Assembly: GCA_045651845.1 (NCBI GenBank)
Contig: JAZRTD010000175.1
Location: 1 to 25,579, forward strand
Reading direction: 5' to 3'
DNA length: 25,579 bases
DNA from: Clostridia bacterium
Lineage (GTDB): Bacteria > Bacillota > Clostridia > Monoglobales > Monoglobaceae
The notes beneath the pieces were generated by a model. It was not told the DNA's origin, made no database searches, and worked only from the letters and a program-made list of their open reading frames with translations. The translations under genes and the position numbers were made by a program. Below, piece after piece: positions 1-9,403 of this stretch; the first letter of the stretch is position 1, and each line of letters opens with the position of its first letter.

Positions 1-2
1 CA

Positions 3-341
3 ACAATTTTTAATAGAAGAAGATATATGCCCGAGCTTAAATCGAGTAATAAAATTACACAGGCCTTCGGTCAGCGTGTTGCTATGAATGCTCCTATCCA
101 AGGGTCTGCGGCAGACATAATTAAAATAGCAATGGTTAATGTTTATAATGCACTTAAGAGCAAAAATCTTTCTTCTAAACTTGTTTTGCAAATCCACGAT
201 GAATTGATTGTGGAGACCCTTGCTGACGAAGTTGAAGAAGTTAAAGAGATTTTAAAATACGAAATGGAGAATGCGGTGAATTTATCAGTTCCCCTTGATG
301 TGGAATTGAACGTTGGTAAAAATTGGTACGACACAAAGTAG
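3..341 (+). CDS. polA: DNA polymerase I, C-terminal fragment (5' truncated by window edge)
   Basis: Frame is open from position 3 (TIFNRRRYMPEL...), so the ORF-track ATG at 27 is internal. Family A polymerase segments RVAMNAPIQGSAADIIK and motif C LQIHDELIVE; typical C-terminus GKNWYDTK. Confidence 0.95.
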   Translation, partial: TIFNRRRYMPELKSSNKITQAFGQRVAMNAPIQGSAADIIKIAMVNVYNALKSKNLSSKLVLQIHDELIVETLADEVEEVKEILKYEMENAVNLSVPLDVELNVGKNWYDTK

Positions 342-354
342 GTGACTGTTATTT

Positions 355-936
355 ATGATAATAATCGGAATTACAGGCGGGATCGGTGCAGGGAAAAGCA
401 CTGTTTGTGAAGAATTCAGAAAATATGGTGCTTTTATTATAGATGCTGATAAAATTTCCCGTCAGGTTACAGCAAAAAATGGCTTGGCGTACAGAGAAAT
501 AATTAATTATTTTGGTGAAACAATTATAAAATCTGACGGAGAAATTGACAGAAAAAAGCTTGCCTGTATTGTTTTTTCAGATAACAAAAAGCTTGAAGTT
601 TTAAATCAGATTACACATAAACATATATTTGATAAAATGAGAGAACAAATAGCTTCATCAGATAATGAGCTTATTATTCTTGATGTTCCTCTTTTGTTTT
701 CCGCTGATTTCGATATAAAATGTGATTTTAAAATTGCAGTTACAGCTGATCTTAAAGAGCGAATAAAGAGGGTTATGGCCAGGGATAATGCAAGCGAAGA
801 GGATGTTCTCAAAAGAATAAATGCTCAACTTTCTGATGAAGAAATGAAGAAAAGGGCGGATATGTGGATTGAAAACGACTCTTATGAAAATATGAAAAAT
901 CAAGTCAGGGTAATAATTGAGAGATTAAGAGGATAG
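355..936 (+). CDS. coaE: Dephospho-CoA kinase
   Basis: N-terminal P-loop IGITGGIGAGKST, then IDADKISR, IDRKKLA and LDVPLLF motifs; follows polA as is usual in Firmicutes. AGGTGA RBS at 340-345. Confidence 0.95.
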   Translation: MIIIGITGGIGAGKSTVCEEFRKYGAFIIDADKISRQVTAKNGLAYREIINYFGETIIKSDGEIDRKKLACIVFSDNKKLEVLNQITHKHIFDKMREQIASSDNELIILDVPLLFSADFDIKCDFKIAVTADLKERIKRVMARDNASEEDVLKRINAQLSDEEMKKRADMWIENDSYENMKNQVRVIIERLRG

Positions 937-1494
937 ATGCGAAGAATGATAAAAAAATTAGTTTGGTTTTTAATTTTAGTGCTTACAATTATATGGTTCT
1001 TTTTCTACGGTGGTAAAAAAATGTTTCTTCAGTTCTTTTATCCGGTTCAATATGAAGAATATGTAGAAAAATATGCAAAAGAATATGATTTGGATAAATA
1101 TCTTATATATGCAGTCATTCACACAGAGAGTAAGTTTGATGAAAAAGCTGTCTCTGATGCAGGTGCAATAGGACTAATGCAACTTATGGAAGATACTGCA
1201 TCGGATTATAACAATAAAGGTAAATTTGGATATATCATTCCTGAACAATTATTGGAACCTGATGTTAATATTCGGTTAGGGTGTTATTATTTAAGCGAGC
1301 TTATGCAACGGTTTAAAAAACGGGAGCTTGCTATTATGGCATATAATGCAGGCCCCGGAAATGTTGAGGAATGGCTTTTAAATGATATGTTTTCTGATGG
1401 AGAAGGGGGACTTAATTCAACCCCTTTTAAGGAAACAAACGACTATGTGGATAAAGTTTTAAAAAGCTACAAGAGATATAAAGAAATATATTGA
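937..1494 (+). CDS. Soluble lytic transglycosylase (SLT domain) with N-terminal membrane anchor
   Basis: Hydrophobic N-terminus, then SLT motifs VIHTESKFD (catalytic Glu), AGAIGLMQLM, AYNAGPGNV and ETNDYV. Start could be the ATG at 946. Confidence 0.9.
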   Translation: MRRMIKKLVWFLILVLTIIWFFFYGGKKMFLQFFYPVQYEEYVEKYAKEYDLDKYLIYAVIHTESKFDEKAVSDAGAIGLMQLMEDTASDYNNKGKFGYIIPEQLLEPDVNIRLGCYYLSELMQRFKKRELAIMAYNAGPGNVEEWLLNDMFSDGEGGLNSTPFKETNDYVDKVLKSYKRYKEIY

Positions 1495-1507
1495 AAGGAT
1501 GTTAGAT

Positions 1508-2887
1508 ATGGATTTAACTTATTCAAAAAAGAATGGATTTGAGGGCATTGATAATAAGAAAAAGGAGGAAATTTTCACCCTTTGCGAAGAATACAGAAAG
1601 TTTATTAATAAGGCAAAAACAGAACGTGAATTTTGTGTTGAAAGCTATAAATTGTTAGAAAACGAAGGCTTTGTTGCAATAGAAAATGTTAAAGAATTAA
1701 AGGCGGGAGATAAAGTCTATTCTGTGAACAGAGGAAAAGGTGTTTTTGCAGCTGTTATTGGCGAAAACCCACTTAAAGACGGAATAAACCTTGTTGGAGC
1801 ACATATTGACGCACCGCGCCTTGATTTAAAGCCAAATCCCTTATATGAGGACGGGGGGATTGCATATTTTAAAACACATTATTACGGCGGTATAAAAAAA
1901 TTTCAATGGCTTACAATTCCTTTGTCTATTCATGGCGTTATTGTTAAAAAGGATGGAACACAAATTAAAATAAATATAGGTGAAGATGAAAATGACCCTG
2001 TGTTCTGTATATCGGATATATTACCGCATCTTGGTCAGGAGCAGGCAAAAAAACCTCTTGGAGAGGCGATTCCTGGGGAACTTCTTAATGTTATCTTAGG
2101 AAACATTGAGGCTGATGATGCAGAAAAAGAAAAAGTAAAATATAACATTTTGAAGTATTTAAATTCAAAATACGATATTACAGAGGCTGACCTTTTAAGC
2201 AGTGAAATTGAAATTGTTCCTGCATATCCTGCCAGAGATTTAGGATTTGACAGAAGTATGATTTCAGGATACGGTCACGATGACAGAGTTTGTGCATATA
2301 CCGGTCTCAGGGCTCTTATTGATATGAAGGCTCCAAAGAAAACAGCAGTATGCCTTTTGGTTGACAAAGAAGAAATAGGCAGTATGGGATGTACGGGTAT
2401 GCAATCAAGATATTTTGAAAACATTCTGGCGAAAATTTGTTATCTTAAAGAAAATGAAGCAAACGATTTATATCTTCGTGAAGTTTTATCAAATTCTTGT
2501 TGTCTTTCCGCTGATGTTGGGGCTGCATTTGACCCTAATTTCCCTGAACAGTCGGAAAAAAATAATACGCCTCATTTAAATAATGGAGTATTGCTGACCA
2601 AATATACAGGTTCAAGAGGCAAGGGCGGAGCTAGTGATGCAAACGCTGAATTTGTGGCAAAAATCAGAAATTTATTTGACGAAAACCATGTTCTTTGGCA
2701 AATAGGTGAGCTTGGCAAGGTTGATGCAGGCGGAGGCGGAACGATTGCACAGTTTGTTGCAAATCTTGATATGGAAGTTATTGATTGCGGTGTACCTCTT
2801 CTTTCAATGCATTCCCCTTATGAAATTGCAGGAAAAATTGATATTTATATGGCGTATAAAGGTTATAAAGTCTTTATGGAAAATTAA
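1508..2887 (+). CDS. M18-family (aminopeptidase I / aspartyl aminopeptidase-like) metallopeptidase
   Basis: Metal-ligand motifs GAHIDAPRLDLKP, GHDDRVC, DKEEIGS, SADV and SMHSPYE. Start moved from 1499 to ATG 1508 because GAAAGGA (1493-1499) lies 8 nt upstream. Confidence 0.9.
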   Translation: MDLTYSKKNGFEGIDNKKKEEIFTLCEEYRKFINKAKTEREFCVESYKLLENEGFVAIENVKELKAGDKVYSVNRGKGVFAAVIGENPLKDGINLVGAHIDAPRLDLKPNPLYEDGGIAYFKTHYYGGIKKFQWLTIPLSIHGVIVKKDGTQIKINIGEDENDPVFCISDILPHLGQEQAKKPLGEAIPGELLNVILGNIEADDAEKEKVKYNILKYLNSKYDITEADLLSSEIEIVPAYPARDLGFDRSMISGYGHDDRVCAYTGLRALIDMKAPKKTAVCLLVDKEEIGSMGCTGMQSRYFENILAKICYLKENEANDLYLREVLSNSCCLSADVGAAFDPNFPEQSEKNNTPHLNNGVLLTKYTGSRGKGGASDANAEFVAKIRNLFDENHVLWQIGELGKVDAGGGGTIAQFVANLDMEVIDCGVPLLSMHSPYEIAGKIDIYMAYKGYKVFMEN

Positions 2888-2892
2888 GTTTT

Positions 2893-2922
2893 GAAAGCCG
2901 GATTTTTATCCGGCTTTCTTTT
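2893..2922 (+). terminator. Intrinsic terminator after the aminopeptidase
   Basis: GAAAGCCGGAT-TTTT-ATCCGGCTTTC perfect 11-bp stem followed by TTTT. Confidence 0.9.
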
Positions 2923-2953
2923 CAAAAAAGTTAAAAAAATACTGCTATATGAC

Positions 2954-2982
2954 TTGACAGAACAACAAATTTAACATATACT
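2954..2982 (+). promoter_or_regulatory. Sigma-A promoter of proS-cdaA-cdaR
   Basis: TTGACA (2954-2959), 17-nt spacer, TATACT (2977-2982), directly after a terminator. Confidence 0.85.
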
Positions 2983-3026
2983 TATAGTGTATGCAATTAT
3001 AAAGAAATGCGAAAGGATTGAGAAAC

Positions 3027-4466
3027 TTGGCTAAAGATGAAAAAAAGCTTGTTGAGGAAATTACTCCTATGGATGAGGATTTTGCTCAATGGTATACAGA
3101 TATAATAAAAAAAGCACAACTTTGTGATTATTCAGGCGTACGAGGATGTATGGTTATACAGCCTTACGGATATGCAATATGGGAGAATATGCAAAAAGAA
3201 ATGGACCGCAGATTTAAAGAAACCGGTCACGAGAACGTATATATGCCTATGTTCATTCCTGAAAGTCTTCTTCAAAAGGAAAAAGACCACGTTGAAGGGT
3301 TTGCACCGGAGGTTGCGTGGGTTACTCATGGAGGAAACGAAAAACTGGCAGAACGGCTTTGTGTTCGTCCAACATCAGAAACATTGTTTTGCCATCACTA
3401 TTCAAATGTTATCCATTCATACAGAGATTTGCCTAAAAAATATAATCAGTGGTGTAATGTTGTAAGATGGGAAAAGACAACAAGACCATTCCTCCGCACA
3501 GCGGAATTTTTATGGCAGGAAGGGCATACTGCTCATGCAACTGCTCAAGAGGCGGAAGAAGAGACAATTAAAATGCTTAATGTTTATGCTGACTTTTGCG
3601 AAAACATTTTGGCTATTCCTGTTGTTAAAGGAAGAAAAACGGATAAAGAAAAGTTTGCCGGCGCTGAAGCTACATACACTATTGAAAGTTTGATGCACGA
3701 CGGAAAGGCTCTTCAATCAGGAACAAGCCACAACTTTGGTGACGGGTTTGCAAGAGCATTTGATATTCAATATACTGATAAAAATAATGAACTTCAATAT
3801 GTTCACCAGACATCATGGGGAACAACAACAAGACTTATCGGCGCTATAATAATGGTTCATGGTGACGATGCAGGACTTAAGCTTCCTCCTAAAGTTGCTC
3901 CGATACAGGTTGCAATTGTGCCTGTTGCGCAACATAAGGAAGGAGTTTTAGATAAGGCAAACGAGCTTTATAAGTCTTTATCTGAAAAATTCAGAGTTAA
4001 ATTGGATGACAGTGATAAATCACCTGGCTGGAAGTTTAGCGAATATGAAATGATGGGCGTTCCTGTCCGTCTTGAAATCGGACCTAAAGATATTGAGAAA
4101 AATCAGGCTGTTCTTGTCAGCCGTGTTACGAGGGAGAAACGATTTGTTTCCCTTGATAATATTGATACGGAAATTGGAAATCTTCTTAATGAAATTCACA
4201 ATCAGATGTTTGAAGCGGCTCTTAAAAACAGAGAAGAAAAAACAAGCGTTGCTGAAAATTATGATGACTTTAAAAAGTATATTGCTGAAAAAGGCGGATT
4301 TGTCAAGGCAATGTGGTGCGGTGATGAGGCTTGCGAACTGAAAATTAAAGAAGATACAACTGCAACATCTCGCTGTATGCCATTTGAACAGGAAAATATT
4401 TCAGATGTTTGCGTTTGCTGCGGAAAGAAAGCAAAAGCAATGGTATATTGGGGAAAAGCATATTAA
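3027..4466 (+). CDS. proS: Proline--tRNA ligase, archaeal/eukaryote-like type without the INS editing domain
   Basis: [30 protein letters not shown] and [13 protein letters not shown] motifs; C-terminal Cys cluster (CGDEAC...C...CVCC) and YWGKAY end; about 480 aa. TTG 3027 preferred to TTG 3018 because GAAAGGA ends at 3017. Confidence 0.95.
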   Translation: MAKDEKKLVEEITPMDEDFAQWYTDIIKKAQLCDYSGVRGCMVIQPYGYAIWENMQKEMDRRFKETGHENVYMPMFIPESLLQKEKDHVEGFAPEVAWVTHGGNEKLAERLCVRPTSETLFCHHYSNVIHSYRDLPKKYNQWCNVVRWEKTTRPFLRTAEFLWQEGHTAHATAQEAEEETIKMLNVYADFCENILAIPVVKGRKTDKEKFAGAEATYTIESLMHDGKALQSGTSHNFGDGFARAFDIQYTDKNNELQYVHQTSWGTTTRLIGAIIMVHGDDAGLKLPPKVAPIQVAIVPVAQHKEGVLDKANELYKSLSEKFRVKLDDSDKSPGWKFSEYEMMGVPVRLEIGPKDIEKNQAVLVSRVTREKRFVSLDNIDTEIGNLLNEIHNQMFEAALKNREEKTSVAENYDDFKKYIAEKGGFVKAMWCGDEACELKIKEDTTATSRCMPFEQENISDVCVCCGKKAKAMVYWGKAY

Positions 4467-4490
4467 ATTATAAGAAAGGAAGTATCCGTT

Positions 4491-5336
4491 ATGGAAAAGT
4501 TTTATGACACGCTATTAACACAGTTTTCGTTTATTCAAATAACGGATATTTTTGACATATTGATACTTGCCTATGTTATATACAAGGGCTTAAAGTTTAT
4601 CAGAGATACCAAAACAATTCAGTTGCTTAAAGGGATTATTATTCTTGTTGTTATTATGCAACTTAGTTATTTTGCAGACCTACATGCGGTTTATTATCTT
4701 CTTGCCAATGCAATGCAATTAGGACTCATAGCAATACTTATTATGTTTCAGCCTGAACTTAGAAGAGGGCTTGAACATCTTGGAAGACAGAGTATGGGTA
4801 AACGTTTGAGTTTTGACGGAGAATATGAAAATAAAACCGAAGAAACCATAAAAGAAACCGTTGAGGCTTGTCAAGCAATGTCCAAAAACCGTATAGGTGC
4901 ATTGATTGTTTTTGAACGCAAGGAGAAGCTTGGTGAGATTATAGAAACAGGGATTGATATAAATGCTGATGTAAGTTCTGAACTTATTGTAAATATTTTT
5001 ATCCCGAAGACACCTCTCCATGATGGAGCAATGATTGTTCGTAACAATAAAATTGCTGCTGCAACTTGCTTTTTACCATTAACTCAAAATCAAAGATTGA
5101 GCAAAGAGCTTGGAACGAGACATCGGGCAGGGATAGGTCTTTCGGAAGAAGCTGACGCTGTTGTTGTTGTCGTTTCTGAAGAAACAGGAAAGATTTCAAT
5201 CGCATTAGCTGGTGAATTGATTACAAATCTGTCTCCTGAAATTCTTGAAGAAAAGCTTATGACTCTTCTTGAAGTAAGGAAAGAAGAAAGAACAAATAAA
5301 AGGAATATGTTCCTGAGAAAGGAGCGTAATCAATGA
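4491..5336 (+). CDS. cdaA: Diadenylate cyclase CdaA/DacA (c-di-AMP synthase)
   Basis: N-terminal hydrophobic helices (DIFDILILAYVIY), FQPELRRGLE, GALIVFER, and catalytic PLHDGA and GTRHRAG motifs. Confidence 0.95.
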   Translation: MEKFYDTLLTQFSFIQITDIFDILILAYVIYKGLKFIRDTKTIQLLKGIIILVVIMQLSYFADLHAVYYLLANAMQLGLIAILIMFQPELRRGLEHLGRQSMGKRLSFDGEYENKTEETIKETVEACQAMSKNRIGALIVFERKEKLGEIIETGIDINADVSSELIVNIFIPKTPLHDGAMIVRNNKIAAATCFLPLTQNQRLSKELGTRHRAGIGLSEEADAVVVVVSEETGKISIALAGELITNLSPEILEEKLMTLLEVRKEERTNKRNMFLRKERNQ

Positions 5337-6262
5337 TAAAAAAGTTTTTTGAAAAGGACTCAGTTCTTAAAATCGTTTCCTTTTTAGCTGCGATTTTGGT
5401 ATGGCTTTATGTTATATATATCGAAGACCCCAATATCAGCATTACAATAGATGATATTCCTGTGCACTATAAAACATCGGAGCTTGCAAATGACTTGGCT
5501 CTTGTTTCCTATGATGTAAAAACTGTTGATGTTAAAATATCTGCAAATCGTTCAGATATAATAGATTTTGAAGAAAGTGATATTGAAGCATATATTGATT
5601 TATCTACAATTTCTGAAGCAGGAAAATACTCTGACGTAAAAATCAATGTTGTTACTAATAATAAAAATGTTAATATTATTAACCGTTCGGAAAAACTATG
5701 TAATGTTCAGCTCGATGATATTATAACAAAAACTGTTCCGATTGACGTTGAACTTACAGGAGAGTTTCCTGAAGGATATGCTCTTGCATCAGAGCCAATT
5801 GTGTTTATTGATTCTACAACTCTCACAGGTGCAAAATCCTATATTGAGTCTGTTGCACATGCACTTATAAAAATAGAATGCGATGGGTTAAAAGATAGCA
5901 AGACTGTTTCGTCGGATGTTTATCTTATTGATAATGATGATAATGATATTGATGAAAACCACCCTGCATATAAATTTATAAAAATTGGTGAAACAAAGTC
6001 TTCGGCGTATATTTCTGTCGGAAAAACTAAAAAGGTAAATGTTGAAGTATCAGACAAGGAAACTGATAAGAGATATTCAGTTTCTCCGTCTTTTGTTGAG
6101 GTTTACAGCAAACAAGTAAATATTAATAAAATATACACAGAGAGTATCGCCGGAAAAAAGCCCGACAAGAACGGAAATGTGAAATTAAAATTGATTATTC
6201 CCGAAGGGGTTTCTGTTGTATCTGATGAAACAGAAGTAATTGTAAATATTAAAAATGATTAA
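5333..6262 (+). CDS. cdaR: CdaR/YbbR-family regulator of CdaA
   Basis: ATGA overlap with cdaA; N-terminal anchor KIVSFLAAILVWLYV followed by beta-rich YbbR-like segments; canonical position after cdaA. Confidence 0.85.
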   Translation: MIKKFFEKDSVLKIVSFLAAILVWLYVIYIEDPNISITIDDIPVHYKTSELANDLALVSYDVKTVDVKISANRSDIIDFEESDIEAYIDLSTISEAGKYSDVKINVVTNNKNVNIINRSEKLCNVQLDDIITKTVPIDVELTGEFPEGYALASEPIVFIDSTTLTGAKSYIESVAHALIKIECDGLKDSKTVSSDVYLIDNDDNDIDENHPAYKFIKIGETKSSAYISVGKTKKVNVEVSDKETDKRYSVSPSFVEVYSKQVNINKIYTESIAGKKPDKNGNVKLKLIIPEGVSVVSDETEVIVNIKND

Positions 6263-6292
6263 AGTGAGGCGTATTTCGCCTCATTTGGTTTA
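6262..6292 (+). terminator. Possible terminator or attenuating hairpin after cdaR
   Basis: AAGTGAGGCG-TATTT-CGCCTCATTT, a 10-bp stem with one G-U pair, followed by an interrupted T tract (GGTTT). Confidence 0.5.
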
Positions 6293-6303
6293 TAGGAGAA
6301 AGA

Positions 6304-7872
6304 ATGAAACTACTGCTAAGTAACATTAAAGTTCCAATAAAGCATACAGATAAAATGATAATAGAGTGTGCATCTGATATATTAAAAAAGTATAATATAA
6401 AGACAAAAAGTATACAGATATACAGAAAATCTGTTGATGCAAGACGAAAGAATAATATTCATTATATTTGTGCGGTTATTGCTGAAACAGAGCAAACTGT
6501 TAAAGAGGTAAATACTCTTCCTTCTGATATTAAAATATACGATGAGCCTAAATTTGATTTTCAGATAACCAGCAAGGAAAAACCAAAAGTTCTCGTTGTG
6601 GGAACAGGACCTTGCGGATTGTTTGCTTCATACTTTTTGGCAAAAGCCGGATATGCTCCGATTGTAATTGAGCGTGGAGAAGATGTTGATAATAGAACAA
6701 AAAAAGTAAATGATTTCTGGAATAATAATTTTTTTGATAAAAACACCAATGTTCAGTTTGGTGAGGGCGGTGCCGGTACTTTTTCAGACGGAAAGCTTAC
6801 AACGAGAATCGGGGATCCTCTTGGGAGACTTGTTTTGGAAACCTTTGTAAAGCACGGCGCAACAGAGGATATATTGTATAAAGCAAAACCTCATATTGGA
6901 ACAGATATATTGAAAAAAGTTGTTAAAAATATCAGAGAAGAAATAAAGAAGCTTGGCGGAACAGTTAGATTTAATACTCTTTTAACCGATATCAAAATTA
7001 AAAACAATAAAATTTATTCAGCTATAGTCAATAATAATGAGGAAATTCTATGTGATAAAATTGTTCTTGCTATTGGACATAGCAGCAGAGATACCTATAA
7101 AATGCTTTATGATAAGGGGGTATTGTGTCAGGCTAAAGCCTTTGCTGCGGGAGTTCGAATAGAACACACACAGGAATTTATAAATAAAACACAATATGGA
7201 AATGAGTATAATAATAAATATTTACCTGTTGCGGATTATAGATTGACGTATAACGGAACGGATAGAAGCTGCTATTCATTTTGTATGTGCCCTGGCGGAA
7301 TGGTTGTTAATGCCTCTTCTGAAGAGGGGATGCTTTGTGTTAACGGAATGAGCGAATATGCCCGTGACGGAAAAAATGCAAACAGCGCACTTGTTGTTAC
7401 AGTTAATCCTTTCGATTTTGAAACTCAATTTCCTCTTGCAGGGATTGAATTTCAAAGAAAATACGAAGGGCTTGCTTATAATATTAACAGAGGAAAGGCA
7501 CCTGTTCAGCTTTCAAGAGATTTTGTTAATAAAAAGGTAAGTGATAGTTTTGGTGAGGTATTGCCTTCTTTTACAGGGAATACTGCATTTTCTGATATCA
7601 GAGAATGCTTGCCTAAATTTATTACAGATACATTAAGTGAAGCTCTTTTGAGTTTTGAGCAAAAAATAAAGTTCTATACAACAGGAGATGCAGTTTTGAC
7701 AGGAGTTGAGATGAGAACTTCTGCACCAATTCGTATATTAAGAGATGAGAAATTTGAAAGTGTATCTGTTGAAGGTTTATATCCTGCTGGTGAGGGGGCA
7801 GGATATGCCGGAGGAATAATGAGTGCTGCTGTTGATGGCATAAAAATTGCTAAAGAGATTTGTCAAATATAG
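6304..7872 (+). CDS. FAD/NAD(P)-dependent oxidoreductase, COG2509-like uncharacterised family
   Basis: Rossmann motif VVGTGPCGLFA, then QFGEGGAGTFSDGKL, YSFCMCPGG and GEGAGYAGGIMSAAVDG; AGGAGA RBS at 6294-6299. Confidence 0.85.
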   Translation: MKLLLSNIKVPIKHTDKMIIECASDILKKYNIKTKSIQIYRKSVDARRKNNIHYICAVIAETEQTVKEVNTLPSDIKIYDEPKFDFQITSKEKPKVLVVGTGPCGLFASYFLAKAGYAPIVIERGEDVDNRTKKVNDFWNNNFFDKNTNVQFGEGGAGTFSDGKLTTRIGDPLGRLVLETFVKHGATEDILYKAKPHIGTDILKKVVKNIREEIKKLGGTVRFNTLLTDIKIKNNKIYSAIVNNNEEILCDKIVLAIGHSSRDTYKMLYDKGVLCQAKAFAAGVRIEHTQEFINKTQYGNEYNNKYLPVADYRLTYNGTDRSCYSFCMCPGGMVVNASSEEGMLCVNGMSEYARDGKNANSALVVTVNPFDFETQFPLAGIEFQRKYEGLAYNINRGKAPVQLSRDFVNKKVSDSFGEVLPSFTGNTAFSDIRECLPKFITDTLSEALLSFEQKIKFYTTGDAVLTGVEMRTSAPIRILRDEKFESVSVEGLYPAGEGAGYAGGIMSAAVDGIKIAKEICQI

Positions 7873-7889
7873 TTTGACAAATCTCTTTA
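7851..7889. repeat. Perfect 17-bp inverted repeat (terminator-like or operator) spanning the oxidoreductase stop and the glmM -35 box
   Basis: TAAAGAGATTTGTCAAA (7851-7867), loop TATAG, TTTGACAAATCTCTTTA (7873-7889). Confidence 0.9.
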
Positions 7890-7902
7890 TTTATCATATA
7901 AT
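7874..7902 (+). promoter_or_regulatory. Consensus sigma-A promoter of glmM
   Basis: TTGACA (7874-7879), 17-nt spacer, TATAAT (7897-7902); AGGAGG RBS at 7922-7927. Confidence 0.9.
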
Positions 7903-7935
7903 TATTCTATACTTAGTGTATAGGAGGATAGTAAA

Positions 7936-9285
7936 ATGGGAAGATTATTTGGAACTGACGGCGTAAGAGGAGTCGCTAACAGTGAACTTACTCCCGAATT
8001 GGCTTATAAAATCGGACGCGCAGGAGCGTATGTTCTTGCAAGCGAAACGGCTCATAAGCCTAAAATTTTAGTTGGAAAGGATACAAGAATTTCAGGGGGA
8101 TTACTGGAATCGGCTCTTGTTGCAGGAATTTGCAGTGTTGGTGCGGATGCAGTTATAGCAGGCGTTATCCCTACGCCGGCAATTGCTTACCTTGTCAGGA
8201 GTGAAAAATTTGATGCAGGGGTTATGATTTCTGCCTCACACAATCCGTTTGAACATAACGGGATAAAGTATTTCAGCAATCAGGGTTATAAATTAAGCGA
8301 TGCATTAGAGGAAAGAATAGAGTCAATTATTCTTGATAATGCAGAAACGATTGAAAATCCGACGCATAATAATATTGGTACAATTTCATACGATTTATCC
8401 TTGTGCGATAAGTACATTGATTTAGCACAAGGGACTGTTTCAACCAAATTTGACGGCATAAAAATTGCAATAGACTGTGCAAATGGTTCATCAAGTGTTA
8501 CTGCCCTAAAAACACTTAGGGCTTTGGGGGCGGAGGTTTTTGTTTTAAACAATACACCTGATGGTGTAAATATCAATGAAAACTGCGGGTCAACACATAT
8601 CGAAAATTTATGTAAGTTTGTTAAAGAAAATGATGTTGATTTGGGACTTGCTTTTGACGGTGATGCGGATAGGGTTCTTGCCGTTGACGAAAACGGAGAA
8701 CTTGTTGACGGAGATAAAATTATGGCAATCTGTGCTATGGATATGCGCAAAAAAGGTACTTTGAAGAAAGATACTATTGTCGCAACCGTTATGAGTAATC
8801 TTGGTCTTTTTGTAATGGGTGATGAAAACGGATTTAATATCGAAAAGACAAAGGTTGGAGACAGATATGTTTTAGAGAAAATGCTTCAGGATGATTATTC
8901 TCTCGGCGGAGAGCAGTCGGGGCATATTATATTTTTAGAACATAACACAACAGGTGACGGATTGGTTACAGGACTTCAGCTAACTGCCATAGTAAAAGAA
9001 AGCGGGAAGAAATTATCAGAACTTGCAAAAATTATGCAGGTGTATCCGCAGGTTTTAATTAACGCTAAAGTAAAAACGGAAAATAAAGAGAAATACCTTG
9101 AAGATGATGAAATCTGTACTGAAATTGCAAATATTGAGGAACAGTTTAAGGGTTCAGGACGTGTTCTTATCAGACCGTCAGGTACAGAGCCTCTTGTTCG
9201 CGTTATGATTGAAGGAAAAGACCAGGCAGTTATAACGGAAAAGGCCGAAGCATTAGCAAAGCTTATCACAAAAAAACTTGGATAA
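7936..9285 (+). CDS. glmM: Phosphoglucosamine mutase
   Basis: [13 protein letters not shown]-terminus, active-site SASHNP (Ser101), metal loop FDGDADR, GGEQSGH and [12 protein letters not shown]. Confidence 0.97.
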   Translation: MGRLFGTDGVRGVANSELTPELAYKIGRAGAYVLASETAHKPKILVGKDTRISGGLLESALVAGICSVGADAVIAGVIPTPAIAYLVRSEKFDAGVMISASHNPFEHNGIKYFSNQGYKLSDALEERIESIILDNAETIENPTHNNIGTISYDLSLCDKYIDLAQGTVSTKFDGIKIAIDCANGSSSVTALKTLRALGAEVFVLNNTPDGVNINENCGSTHIENLCKFVKENDVDLGLAFDGDADRVLAVDENGELVDGDKIMAICAMDMRKKGTLKKDTIVATVMSNLGLFVMGDENGFNIEKTKVGDRYVLEKMLQDDYSLGGEQSGHIIFLEHNTTGDGLVTGLQLTAIVKESGKKLSELAKIMQVYPQVLINAKVKTENKEKYLEDDEICTEIANIEEQFKGSGRVLIRPSGTEPLVRVMIEGKDQAVITEKAEALAKLITKKLG

Positions 9286-9327
9286 ATAAAAAAGCTTCTT
9301 ACCTATATTGGTAGGAAGCTTTTTTAT
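9286..9327 (+). terminator. Intrinsic (potentially bidirectional) terminator after glmM
   Basis: ATAAAAAAGCTTCTTACC-TATATT-GGTAGGAAGCTTTTTTAT, one G-U pair, with A and T tails. Confidence 0.9.
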
Positions 9328-9337
9328 TTCAAATATA

Positions 9338-9366
9338 TTGAAAAAAAGGTTATTATGTGGTATAAT
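9338..9366 (+). promoter_or_regulatory. Sigma-A promoter with extended -10, upstream of the HAD remnant
   Basis: TTGAAA (9338-9343), 17-nt spacer, TG-G-TATAAT (9358-9366). Confidence 0.8.
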
Positions 9367-9403
9367 GTTAATATGTAAATTTAACATAATTTGGAGGATA
9401 ACT

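Noticed and set aside
2923-3026. T-box riboswitch upstream of proS
   Set aside because: The leader is only about 40 nt after the promoter, with no T-box consensus or specifier stem.
7838-7866. Minus-strand TTGACA in the left arm of the 17-bp palindrome as a possible antisense promoter into the oxidoreductase
   Set aside because: Hexamers at 16, 17 and 18 nt spacing are TTTATG, TTATGC and TATGCC; none is a credible -10.
2967-9388. Identical 12-mer AAATTTAACATA at the proS promoter (2967-2978) and HAD-remnant promoter (9377-9388), and similar TATACTTA(TA)GTGTAT at the proS and glmM promoters
   Set aside because: Very AT-rich words at different positions relative to the promoter boxes; chance matches are plausible. 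A genome-wide motif scan would be needed.
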